Shown here: piece after piece, positions 18,623 through 27,616 of the stretch
How the letters are laid out: every line of letters starts with the position of its first letter
Position numbering within the stretch: the first letter of the stretch is position 1
Source of the DNA: an uncultured Pirellulales bacterium
GTDB taxonomy: Bacteria; Planctomycetota; Phycisphaerae; Sedimentisphaerales; Anaerobacaceae
Length of the DNA: 64,000 nucleotides
NCBI GenBank assembly: GCA_964462515.1
Contig: CAYWXK010000013.1
Span: 4,675-68,674 of the forward strand
Reading direction: 5' to 3'
The notes under the pieces: generated by a model
The model's database searches: none
What the model was told of the DNA's origin: nothing
The model's input: the letters and a program-made list of their open reading frames with translations, nothing else
Position numbers and translations under genes: made by a program

Positions 18623-19534
18623 ATGTCAGCCATTGAGACGGTTGGGTCAGATTTCGACACGCTATTACGCAAACAAGCGCAATTCATTAATTACGTTCTA
18701 AAGCAGCTGCTATCCTCCAGGCAAATAAATGACGACTTGAAGGAGGCAATGTCTTATACGCTTTTTGCACCTGGCAAGCATATACGCTCAGCACTTGTAT
18801 TGTGGAGCTGCGAAGTTGTCAGCAAGCCTTTGGCGGGGATAAGCCGCAATGCCCAGATAGCTGCCGCCGCTATCGAGATGGTCCATACTTATTCGCTCAT
18901 TCACGATGATTTGCCTGCAATTGATAATGACGACCTTCGGCGAGGGCTGCCGACCTGCCATAAAGCCTTTGATGAGGCGACAGCAATTCTCACGGGTGAC
19001 GCCCTTTTGACGCTCGCGTTTGAGATTCTGGCAAAAGAAATTGACGACCCGGCTATTACGGCGAGGTTGATTAGTGAGCTTGCGGAGGCGGCTGGGCCAA
19101 GCGGTATGGTCGCGGGCCAGATGGCGGACTTAAAAGCCGAGGGAAACACGGGCAACGAAGAAATTTTGCAGTATATTCATCTCAACAAAACGGCTAAGAT
19201 GTTTCGATGTGCGGCTGCAATGGGGGCTATTTGTGGCGGAGCAGGGAAGAAGGAATACGAGTGTCTGTGTGAATACGGCTTAAATCTCGGCTTGGGCTTC
19301 CAGATAGCAGATGACATTCTTGATGTAACTGGGTCGAGTGAGCAGTTGGGTAAGACCGCCGGTAAGGATGCGAGGGCAGCCAAGTGCACATATCCGGCGG
19401 TGGTGGGAATGAAAAAGGCAAAAGAATGGGAGAGAAGGCTGACAGATGATGCTCTGACGGCTTTGGAACCCTTTGACAAAAAAGCTGACATCCTTCGCCA
19501 GTTGGCAATTGCCCTGACCGAAAGAACAAAGTAA
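18623..19534 (+). CDS. ispA: polyprenyl diphosphate synthase (FPP/GGPP synthase family)
   Basis: First aspartate-rich motif LIHDDLPAIDNDDLRRG and second motif GLGFQIADDILDVTG. Start refined to the ATG at 18623 (MSAIETV) with an RBS. The symbol is tentative. Confidence 0.8.
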   Translation: MSAIETVGSDFDTLLRKQAQFINYVLKQLLSSRQINDDLKEAMSYTLFAPGKHIRSALVLWSCEVVSKPLAGISRNAQIAAAAIEMVHTYSLIHDDLPAIDNDDLRRGLPTCHKAFDEATAILTGDALLTLAFEILAKEIDDPAITARLISELAEAAGPSGMVAGQMADLKAEGNTGNEEILQYIHLNKTAKMFRCAAAMGAICGGAGKKEYECLCEYGLNLGLGFQIADDILDVTGSSEQLGKTAGKDARAAKCTYPAVVGMKKAKEWERRLTDDALTALEPFDKKADILRQLAIALTERTK

Positions 19535-19945
19535 CTACCAAAAAGCCGTTATCAGTATTGAAAACACCGATTCAGGGTGGTGCACTTTCATTTTGCATAT
19601 AACCGGTAGTCATTAGTTCTACATTCTGAGTTCCAATTTCAACATTCCAAACCGGCTTGGGGCAAGACTTCAATTAAGGGAAAAATTCACTTTAAGCCGA
19701 TACAACAAAATAGCTTTGGGGGACCAAATTATGAAAGCAAAAAGCTCTTATAGCGGAGTCTGGAGAGTTATTTTCACTTTGTCGGTCTGCTGGATTGAGT
19801 GGAAACCGACAGGTAAGCTCAATCACCAGCCGGCAGACCAGAACGAGCTTTCAAGGAAACCCCTTGGACCGTCTCACATCCGCCCGCCGCCTTAATCCTG
19901 TATGAAATCTTTTTCTAATTCTAAAATACAGGTTTTAACCGACAG

Positions 19946-19976
19946 GCCGTAAGCAGCCAGCTTACGGCTTTTTTTA
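19946..19976 (+). terminator. rho-independent terminator-like hairpin (gccgtaagc..gcttacggc + T8)
   Basis: A 9-bp GC-rich stem followed by TTTTTTTATTT. It lies in the 690-bp ispA/OmpA-like intergenic region, about 410 nt after the ispA stop. Confidence 0.5.
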
Positions 19977-20223
19977 TTTGTGATTTGCGGTTCGTGATTC
20001 TGAATTCTACGTTCTGAGTTATCAATTCTAAGTCCTATCCAAATTTTCTTAACTTTATGCTTGACGGATTGGTGGGAATCTGTTTTATTTGCCTGGTGAG
20101 GCAGAATGAAATATAGTTTATAGTGGTTAGTTCGTAGTTGGTAGATAATGAACAAGGAATGATGAATAAAAGATTCTAAGAAGGTCAAAGGATATTATTT
20201 GGAATTTTGGAAAGGAGTTAATA

Positions 20224-21009
20224 ATGCGGGCGCTAAAACTTTCTTGGCTTGGGTGGGTTTTTGTTGTATGTGCTTGTGTAATGTTTGCAAGCGGCTGCGA
20301 CTCGCAGCTAAAGGACCTAAAAATCCAGAACGACACCCAGCGAAAACGGATAGCGGAGCTTGAAAGCCAGGTTCAGGCTGCTAATCTGGAGATTGAACAG
20401 TTCAAGAGACAGCTTGCTGATGCGCAAGCGAAAGGTGGGATTGAGGTAGAGACACTGCAGGCGAAAATTGCTGCGCTCGAGGAGGACCTTGCCAAGAAGA
20501 AGGAGTTAATTGCCTCGATGCAGAAACGGCTGCTTTTAGGTGCGCCTTTGCCTATTGAGCTTAGCGCAAAGCTGGAGGATTTTGCAAAGGCCAATGAGCA
20601 GTTGGTCAGCTTCGACCCGAACACAGGGATAGTGAAGTTCAAGGCGGACCTGCTTTTTGAGAAGGGTAGTGACAAGGTGGCATCTTCGGCGGCGGAAGCC
20701 GTCAAATCACTTAGCGGGATTCTGAACTCCGAAGAGGGCAAGAATTTCGATATTATAGTTGCCGGGCATACTGACGATATTCCGATTCTCAAGCCCGAAA
20801 CGCGCACACAGCATCCGACTAACTGGCATTTGTCAGCCGACAGGGCAATAGCCGTGTTGGATGTGATGGCGACAAACAATATTGAGCAGAAGCGGATGAG
20901 TGTTCGCGGTTTTAGTGAGTATAGGCCCATTGGACCGAATGCACCCGGCAAGAAGGGCAATCAGCAGAATAGGCGAGTTGAGATTTATATTGTCCCGGAA
21001 GGAATCTGA
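20224..21009 (+). CDS. OmpA/MotB-family lipoprotein with coiled-coil
   Basis: Lipoprotein signal (...MFASGC). Coiled-coil LKIQNDTQRKRIAELESQVQAANLEIEQFKRQL. C-terminal OmpA-like peptidoglycan-binding domain (GHTDDIPI...LSADRAIAVLD...NRRVEIYIV). Confidence 0.75.
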   Translation: MRALKLSWLGWVFVVCACVMFASGCDSQLKDLKIQNDTQRKRIAELESQVQAANLEIEQFKRQLADAQAKGGIEVETLQAKIAALEEDLAKKKELIASMQKRLLLGAPLPIELSAKLEDFAKANEQLVSFDPNTGIVKFKADLLFEKGSDKVASSAAEAVKSLSGILNSEEGKNFDIIVAGHTDDIPILKPETRTQHPTNWHLSADRAIAVLDVMATNNIEQKRMSVRGFSEYRPIGPNAPGKKGNQQNRRVEIYIVPEGI

Positions 21010-21132
21010 AGATAGCATCCAGCAGATAGTATCAATATTTAGCCTGCCGTTTTACGGCAGGTTATGACTTCTTTTTCCTTTATTCTGAACTCTGACCGCA
21101 ACGAAATACCAACTACTCGCGACGCGATACGA

Positions 21133-21594
21133 ATGTTAGAACGCACTCTAATCATCATCAAGCCTGACGGCATACAGCGGCATTTAGCAGGCCAGATAAT
21201 CGCAAGATTCGAAAGTAAAGGTTTGAAGTTAGTTGCTGCGAAATTTATGCGAATCCCGCTGTGGATTGCCAGACGGCTTTATGCTGTTCATAAAGGTAAG
21301 CCTTTTTACGAGGGCCTGGTGAGATATTTTTCTTCATCGCCATCATTTGTAATGGTCTGGGAGGCGGAAGGTGTTGTCGAGATGGTCCGTAAGATGATGG
21401 GAGCTACATTTGGATTTGATGCCTGCCCTGGGACCATCCGGGGGGACTTGAGCTGCTCAAAGGGATACAACCTCGTTCATGGCTCGGACAGCCCAGCGGT
21501 TGCGGAGCGTGAAATCAGGCTGTTTTTTAAGTCTGATGAGATTGTGGATTATCGGTTCAGTGATGCGGCGTGGCTATACGGCAAAAACGATTAG
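21133..21594 (+). CDS. ndk: nucleoside diphosphate kinase
   Basis: MLERTLIIIKPDGIQRHLAGQIIARFESKGLKLVAAK..., then the catalytic His region NLVHGSDSPAVAEREIRLFF. Start refined to the ATG at 21133. Confidence 0.88.
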   Translation: MLERTLIIIKPDGIQRHLAGQIIARFESKGLKLVAAKFMRIPLWIARRLYAVHKGKPFYEGLVRYFSSSPSFVMVWEAEGVVEMVRKMMGATFGFDACPGTIRGDLSCSKGYNLVHGSDSPAVAEREIRLFFKSDEIVDYRFSDAAWLYGKND

Positions 21595-21842
21595 CCCCAC
21601 ACCAATTTGACCGCCCGATGGGGTCTATGACCGAAACTCCGGCGAAGAGTCGCTCTTGTCCGGACAATTGGCGCGGGGTTAGTCCGAGAAAGGGGGTTTT
21701 TTCGATATAAGGGAGGGTTTAGACCGAAATTTTCTGCTGTCAGAGGGTGAAAAATGGTCTTTTTGGCTTGAATTGGTAGAATTTTTGTGGTAGAATATAA
21801 TAAAATAACGTTATAGGAGATTGGAGGTTATAGGGAAAGAAT

Positions 21843-24623
21843 ATGAAAAAATTTATTTTTACCTTTGCATTTGTGCTGGCGGTAGTGGTCTATCCGGCCA
21901 GGAGTCGAGCGAAGGTTTGGACGGTTAATTGCAATGGCGGTGCGAACTTCACTAAAATCCAGGATGCGATAAACGCCTCCTCGAATGGTGACACTATCTT
22001 GGTTACGCCTTGCACTTACACTCAGAACCTTGTTTTCAATGGCAGGGCCGTTACTATTACCAGCACGGACCCGAACAATCCAACTGTTGTGGCGACAACG
22101 ATTATTACCGTCAGCTCCGGCGACAGCGTGAAGTTTGATTTCGGCGAAGGTAGTAATTCTGTGCTCACCGGTTTTACCATCACCGGAGGAGGTATCAATT
22201 GTTACGGCAGCTCGCCGACAATTTCCAAGAACGTTATCAAAAATTGTCCGGGCGAGGGTATTTATGGGCAAAGCGCTGCTGCCCCTATTATTTCGGACAA
22301 TAAGATAAGACTGAATGGCGGGGCAGGCATATATTCTTGCAACGGGCTCATCATCGGCAACAGTATATCGCACAACAATGGAGGTATATCAGAGTGTCAA
22401 AACCAGAATAGCAGGATAATCGACAATATTATTTCAGACAACTCCCGGACTACCGGCGGTTCTGGAGGCGGCTTGTATCTTTGTCACGGTGAAATCTCCG
22501 GTAACGAAATCAAAAATAATTATGCTTCTTTTTATGGGGGCGGATTATATGGTTGTAACGGCAATATCAGCGGTAATATTATCGCCGGGAACATAGCCAA
22601 TTCTGCGGGCGGCGGTCTGTTTAGTTGTCAGGGTGACATCAGTCATAATATTATTTCGGGAAATATCAGCTTCGACGGCGGAGGGCTTTATGGGTGCAAC
22701 GGCTATATATATAACAACACTATTGTGGGCAACAGGGCGGTTTACGGCGGTGCAATCCGTGACTGCACCGGATATGTGTGGAATAATATAATAGCCTTCA
22801 ACGAAATATTCGTTGGGGGTGAGGCAGCCGGCATTTACGGCTTTTGCAATAATTCATTCAATGATTTCTGGAACCAGGGCGGCAACTTTGGTAGTGGCGC
22901 ATCTCGCGGCCAGGGCGATATTGTCGAGAATCCGCTTTTTATAGTTAATGGCTGGTGGGATAATAGAGGCACTCCGGACCCAAGTGACGACGTTTGGCAT
23001 GATGGTGATTACCACGTTAAATCCGCAGTGGGAAGATGGAATCCTAACCCGCCTTCGGTAGGCTGGATTAAGGATGATGTAAACAGCCCCTGTATTGACG
23101 CTGGTTACCCCGCTTCGGATTGGACTGAGGAATTGTGGCCGCACGGCCGGCGGATAAATCAGGGTGTTTATGGCGGAACGCCCGAAGCGAGTATGTCTGC
23201 AAATAAAGTTGGCAACGCTGCCGACATAGATGACGATGGGTGGATTGATTACAACGATTTGATGCTTGTAGCCCAGATGTGGTTATCTGATGAGAAGCCG
23301 TTGGCTGAAGACATCGACAGAGATGTAGCGGTGGATTTTCAGGATTTTGCTGTTCTTTGTGCCAACTGGAAGCCGCAGACGCCGCCAACGCCGAATCCTA
23401 TGACGTGGGCGACTCCGCCTTATGCGACATCATCTTCTTCGATTGCGATGGTGGCTACGACAGCTACAACAACCGATGGCAGCGGCGTGGAGTATTATTT
23501 TGAGGATGTCAATCATCCACAGCACAATAGCGGCTGGGTTTCGTTTGGGGTTGGTGTGCAGGCGATGTGGGAAGATACGGGCCTGACTGCTAACACTAAA
23601 TACTGGTACAGGGTGAAGACCCGCAATAAGGGTAATCTTTTGGAGACCGATTGGTCTATTGTTGCCTCTGCAACGACACCCGGGCCGCCAACGCCTAACC
23701 CTATGACCTGGGCGACGCCGCCTTATGCAACGTCAGATACTTCTATTGCAATGGTGGCTACGACTGCTACATCGACCGATGGAAGCGGTGTGGAGTATTA
23801 TTTTGAGGACGTTAATCATCCGCAACACAATAGCGGATGGATTTCGTTTGGAGTGGGTGTGCAGGCGAGGTGGGAGGATACGGGCTTAACTGCTAACACT
23901 AAATACTGGTACAGGGTGAAGGCACGCAATAAGACCAATCATCTGGAGACCGGCTGGTCTAATGTTGCCTCTGCAACGACACCGAGGCCGCCGACGCCCG
24001 ACCCTATGACCTGGGCGACTCTGCCTAGAGCGACATCATCTTCTTCGATTGAGATGGTTGCTACGACGGCTACAACGACCGATGGCAGCGGCGTGGATTA
24101 TTATTTTGAGGATGTCAATCATCTGCAGCATAATAGCGGCTGGATTTCGTTTGGAGTGGGTGTGCAGGCGCTGTGGGAGGATACAGGCCTGACTTCAAGC
24201 ACTAAATACTGGTATAGAGTGAAGGCCCGCAATAAGGGTAATCGTCTGGAGACCGCATGGTCTATTGTTGCTTACGCAACGACTTCTGGCGTAGATGTTA
24301 CGGCTCCGACGCCTAATCCGATGGACTGGGCTCCTGATGGCGAGCCGAAGGAAATCTATGGAGGTGGTGGAACCTGGGACTACTATGCTACAATGACAGC
24401 GGTAGAAGCCACCGATGCGAGCGGAGTTGTAGAGTATTACTTCCAATGCACCACTGATGGCCGATACTCCAGCCCCGGCTGGCTTTCATTTGAGCCAGGC
24501 GAGCCCTGCACATACAACGTCCTGGTTGGCCAGAAAAACCGGCACTTTTATTTCCGCGTTAAGGCGCGCGACCTGTATGGTAATGAGACGGACTTTTCGG
24601 AAGCACTGCCAGCCGACCCTTAA
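21843..24623 (+). CDS. secreted right-handed parallel beta-helix repeat protein with dockerin-like segment and 3-4 fibronectin-III-like repeats
   Basis: Signal peptide. About 20 tandem beta-helix units of 22-23 aa (..NxIsgNxAxxGGGLYxCxG..). A conserved GDYHVK...SPCIDAGYP module. A dockerin-like calcium-binding DIDDDGWIDYNDLMLVAQMW. Three near-identical repeats of about 100 aa (PTPNPMTWATPPYATS...TKYWYRVKARNK...), then a diverged fourth repeat. Confidence 0.8.
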   Translation: MKKFIFTFAFVLAVVVYPARSRAKVWTVNCNGGANFTKIQDAINASSNGDTILVTPCTYTQNLVFNGRAVTITSTDPNNPTVVATTIITVSSGDSVKFDFGEGSNSVLTGFTITGGGINCYGSSPTISKNVIKNCPGEGIYGQSAAAPIISDNKIRLNGGAGIYSCNGLIIGNSISHNNGGISECQNQNSRIIDNIISDNSRTTGGSGGGLYLCHGEISGNEIKNNYASFYGGGLYGCNGNISGNIIAGNIANSAGGGLFSCQGDISHNIISGNISFDGGGLYGCNGYIYNNTIVGNRAVYGGAIRDCTGYVWNNIIAFNEIFVGGEAAGIYGFCNNSFNDFWNQGGNFGSGASRGQGDIVENPLFIVNGWWDNRGTPDPSDDVWHDGDYHVKSAVGRWNPNPPSVGWIKDDVNSPCIDAGYPASDWTEELWPHGRRINQGVYGGTPEASMSANKVGNAADIDDDGWIDYNDLMLVAQMWLSDEKPLAEDIDRDVAVDFQDFAVLCANWKPQTPPTPNPMTWATPPYATSSSSIAMVATTATTTDGSGVEYYFEDVNHPQHNSGWVSFGVGVQAMWEDTGLTANTKYWYRVKTRNKGNLLETDWSIVASATTPGPPTPNPMTWATPPYATSDTSIAMVATTATSTDGSGVEYYFEDVNHPQHNSGWISFGVGVQARWEDTGLTANTKYWYRVKARNKTNHLETGWSNVASATTPRPPTPDPMTWATLPRATSSSSIEMVATTATTTDGSGVDYYFEDVNHLQHNSGWISFGVGVQALWEDTGLTSSTKYWYRVKARNKGNRLETAWSIVAYATTSGVDVTAPTPNPMDWAPDGEPKEIYGGGGTWDYYATMTAVEATDASGVVEYYFQCTTDGRYSSPGWLSFEPGEPCTYNVLVGQKNRHFYFRVKARDLYGNETDFSEALPADP
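23386..24300 (+). repeat. three tandem near-identical ~300-303 bp coding repeats (FN3-like units) plus a diverged fourth copy
   Basis: Repeat units start at about 23386, 23689 and 23989, with more than 90% nucleotide identity by eye. The diverged fourth copy starts at about 24301. Confidence 0.8.
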
Positions 24624-24732
24624 CAACAAAAAAATTGCCTGCGGGCTTGACAAGGGGCGGACAATTTCCTATTGACTATCGCATATCGGACGCAATAATT
24701 GTGCGCAAATAGTCTAAAAAAGGAGATTTGTT

Positions 24733-24915
24733 ATGAGAGTGAGTATCGAGGATACCTGCACTGCCTGCGGGCTTTGCTGCGATACCTGTCCTGAGGTTTT
24801 TGAGATGGGCGAGGACAGGGCACAGGTCATCGTTGTTGAGGTTCCTGCCGAATATGAGGACGCCGTTCAGCAGGCCGCCGATGAATGTCCCGTCGAGTCG
24901 ATTATAGTGGAATAG
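24733..24915 (+). CDS. small [Fe-S] ferredoxin
   Basis: 60 aa with CTACGLCCDTCPEVF....ECPVESI, a single-cluster ferredoxin of the Pyrococcus type. Strong AAAGGAG RBS. Confidence 0.7.
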   Translation: MRVSIEDTCTACGLCCDTCPEVFEMGEDRAQVIVVEVPAEYEDAVQQAADECPVESIIVE

Positions 24916-24966
24916 GGTATAACAGATAAAGGACAGAAGTTAGCCTGTCTTTATCAGGCGGACTAA

Positions 24967-25086
24967 CCCCGCACCAATGGTTCGACAAGCTCACCATCCC
25001 GAGCGGAGTCGAGGGATGGTTCGCCCAAAGTCGCAAATGTCCGGTCTTTTACAAGAAATGCCCACTACGATTCAATTGGTGCGGGG
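24967..25086. repeat. inverted-repeat element with 'ccccgcaccaatgg ... ccaattggtgcgggg' terminal arms and internal hairpin
   Basis: 14-15 bp terminal inverted repeats enclose about 90 bp that contain the hairpin ccatcccgagcggagtcgagggatgg. The element lies between convergent genes (ferredoxin and proC) and is a member of a dispersed family (see findings). Confidence 0.75.
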
Positions 25087-25926
25087 TCAACTATTGCCGT
25101 AAGGCATGGACAAGCCCACTTTTGAAAGCTCGCGACTTCTATCGCAGGCACTTTTGATAGCTGCTGCTACCAGAGGGCCGAATTTGCCTTCCGCGAGGAT
25201 TTTTAGTGCGGCTTCGGTTGTTCCGCCGGGCGAGGTAACCTTTTGTCGAAGAATGGCAGGGCCTTCATTATTTTTGGCCGCCTCAACTGCAAGCATACCG
25301 GCGCCCTTTGCAGTTTGCAGAACCAGCTCTTTCGCTACCTCCTCCGATAAGCCCATCTCAACACCCACCTTTATCATTTCTTCCATCAGAAGAAAATAAT
25401 AAGCAGGCCCGCTGCCGCTTATTGCTGTTACCGCATCGAGCAAATCTTCGTCACTCACAACAACGGCCTTTCCGACCGATGAGAAAATCAACTTGGCTTT
25501 TTCGAGCATCGACTTTGCCTTCTGATTGGCGAATAGCGCACTTACTCCCTGGCCGATAAGAGCAGGAGTATTAGGCATAACGCGAACTATCGGGATGTCG
25601 CCGAGGACAGCAGCGATGGCGGCGACTCGCCTTCCTGCGACGATGGAAATGATAAGGGCATCTTTTTTGACTGCGCCTTTTATGCTATTGAGTGCGTCAG
25701 TTAGGTTCTGAGGCTTAATGCTTAAAACGAGGGTTTCAACCTTTGCAGCCAGTTCGGCGTTAGTGGTTGCAGGAGTAACATTATATTTTTGGGCGATGAA
25801 TTTGAGGCGGTCTGGTTTGATGTCGCTTATAAAGATATTTTTAGGTTCATAGAGCCTTGCCGTTATTATGCCCTTTATGAGGGCTTCCGCCATATTCCCG
25901 CTTCCTACAAAGCCGATTGTGTCCAT
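25087..25926 (-). CDS. proC: pyrroline-5-carboxylate reductase
   Basis: N-terminal NADP-binding IGFVGSGNMAEAL motif and the ProC dimerisation domain (GSGPAYYFLLMEEM...). Confidence 0.85.
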   Translation of the reverse strand: MDTIGFVGSGNMAEALIKGIITARLYEPKNIFISDIKPDRLKFIAQKYNVTPATTNAELAAKVETLVLSIKPQNLTDALNSIKGAVKKDALIISIVAGRRVAAIAAVLGDIPIVRVMPNTPALIGQGVSALFANQKAKSMLEKAKLIFSSVGKAVVVSDEDLLDAVTAISGSGPAYYFLLMEEMIKVGVEMGLSEEVAKELVLQTAKGAGMLAVEAAKNNEGPAILRQKVTSPGGTTEAALKILAEGKFGPLVAAAIKSACDRSRELSKVGLSMPYGNS

Positions 25927-26019
25927 TCTCTTTACTCCTTGTAAAACAGGAATTGAGAGCTATAATCGTAACTGAGAGTTTATCTGCACTAAATATAAGG
26001 TTGGTTATGGAGAAACACA

Positions 26020-26544
26020 ATGCAAAAGCAAGTTAAGTTCGACCAGGCTATAAAAACCAAATACCCCGAGCAAGTCGTAATTGCCATTGCGAAAGACAAG
26101 AAGGGTAAGGCCAATCCCGTTACACTCGGCTGGACAATGATAGCTTCATACCAGCCGCCGATGATGGCGATAGCGGTGGCCAAGACGCATTATTCGATTA
26201 AAACTATCAGACACTCGAAATGCTTTACCATTGCGTTTCCATCGGCACAGATGGCTGAGGCGGCTTTGTTTTTCGGCTCAAGGTCCGGCCGGGACGCCGA
26301 CAAATTCGCTGAATTCAATGCGCAGCATGGCCGAGTCCATTGTAAAACGTCGCCTGCCAAAAAAATCGACTCGGTACTTTTAGCTGACGCAGTAGCTAAT
26401 TTTGAATGCACGCTCGAATCGCAGACCTCTGTCGGCGACCACATCATTTTTGTCGGCAGGATAGTTGCATCGCACGTCAACACCAGGCCGAAAAAGCGGC
26501 TCTATACTGTTGCTTCAGGGCACAAATTAGGGTCAGTTTCATAA
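26020..26544 (+). CDS. flavin reductase-like domain protein
   Basis: Flavin_Reduct-like pattern: PVTLGWTMIASYQPPMMAIAV...DKFAEF...GDHIIFVGRIV. Confidence 0.65.
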   Translation: MQKQVKFDQAIKTKYPEQVVIAIAKDKKGKANPVTLGWTMIASYQPPMMAIAVAKTHYSIKTIRHSKCFTIAFPSAQMAEAALFFGSRSGRDADKFAEFNAQHGRVHCKTSPAKKIDSVLLADAVANFECTLESQTSVGDHIIFVGRIVASHVNTRPKKRLYTVASGHKLGSVS

Positions 26545-26567
26545 AATGATGGAACTTTTTTGATGCT

Positions 26568-27146
26568 TTGTCCGACTTCTATTGTGCAATGACGACAAAA
26601 CGACCAGAGCAGATTTACGATGAGCTGCTTGTGCTAAAAAGCCAGCAGGGCAGCAAGGACGCCTTCAGTGAGCTTGTCGAAAGATGGCAAAAGCGTCTAT
26701 GGCATTACGCCTTGCAGATGACCAGGTCTGAATCGGCTGCCTGGGATGTTGTTCAGGAGACGTGGGTTGCAATTATCAAGGGGCTGTCGAAACTGCAAGA
26801 TGCAACCCTGTTTTCTTGCTGGACATTCAGCATATTGAACAATAAATGTGCGGATTGGGTGCGTAAGCAGCAGTTGCAATCGCAGCTAAATAGTCGCCTG
26901 GCAACCCAAACCCAAAACTATTCAGGCAAAGAACAAGTTAGTAATGAAAAAACTGAATCTCTGGAGGCAGCGATTGAAAAACTTCCGACAGACCAGAGAG
27001 CACTACTTTCGCTGCGATACCAGCAGGGCTTTGATATCAGCGAGATTGCAGAAATCCTTGCTATTCCCGAAGGCACAGTGAAATCCCGCCTTCACCGCAC
27101 GCTCGCCGAGCTGCGAGAGATTATGGGAGCAAACCAAAATGGATGA
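26568..27146 (+). CDS. ECF-type RNA polymerase sigma-70 factor
   Basis: Region 2 (LVERWQKRLWHYALQMTRSESAAWDVVQETWV) and region 4 HTH (ISEIAEILAIPEGTVKSRLHRTLAELRE). The true start is probably the internal ATG at about 26589. Confidence 0.8.
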   Translation: MSDFYCAMTTKRPEQIYDELLVLKSQQGSKDAFSELVERWQKRLWHYALQMTRSESAAWDVVQETWVAIIKGLSKLQDATLFSCWTFSILNNKCADWVRKQQLQSQLNSRLATQTQNYSGKEQVSNEKTESLEAAIEKLPTDQRALLSLRYQQGFDISEIAEILAIPEGTVKSRLHRTLAELREIMGANQNG

Positions 27147-27528
27147 ACTGGAAAAGACAATACAGGTAACCTTAAGTCAGACCGGTAAGTTTGACGCCGG
27201 CAAAGCAGAAACTCTAAGAAAGGAGATAGTACAAATGTTCGAAGGCAAATTGAAAAAGGTCAAGCTCTTGACGTGGGCATTCCTGCTAATAGATGTGATA
27301 ATAATAGCTGGTGGGATAATTGGCCTGCTTGTTAATTTGCTCATAACTAAAAACACCAACGCAATGATTATTTCAGCAGTTGTAGTGCTGATTGCCCACG
27401 AAGGCACGGTATTAATAAAACTTTGGTACTGGGTCCTCAACACTAAATACGGCGTGCTTAAGGAGCTAAAGCAGCTTCAGCTTCAAATTGCAGAGCTTAA
27501 AGGCAAGACCCCTCCTGCCGAAAATTAG
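27139..27528 (+). CDS. putative membrane anti-sigma factor (2 TM)
   Basis: Overlaps the ECF sigma gene stop by 8 nt. It has two TM helices and a C-terminal coiled-coil. Called an anti-sigma factor from context only. Confidence 0.45.
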   Translation: MDELEKTIQVTLSQTGKFDAGKAETLRKEIVQMFEGKLKKVKLLTWAFLLIDVIIIAGGIIGLLVNLLITKNTNAMIISAVVVLIAHEGTVLIKLWYWVLNTKYGVLKELKQLQLQIAELKGKTPPAEN

Positions 27529-27616
27529 TTGGCTGATGGCTCAAACTACTCTATACTCAGGCCAAAATTCTTAATGGCTCTTGACAAATAAAAGCACTTG
27601 TTAAGGAGTATGCCCG

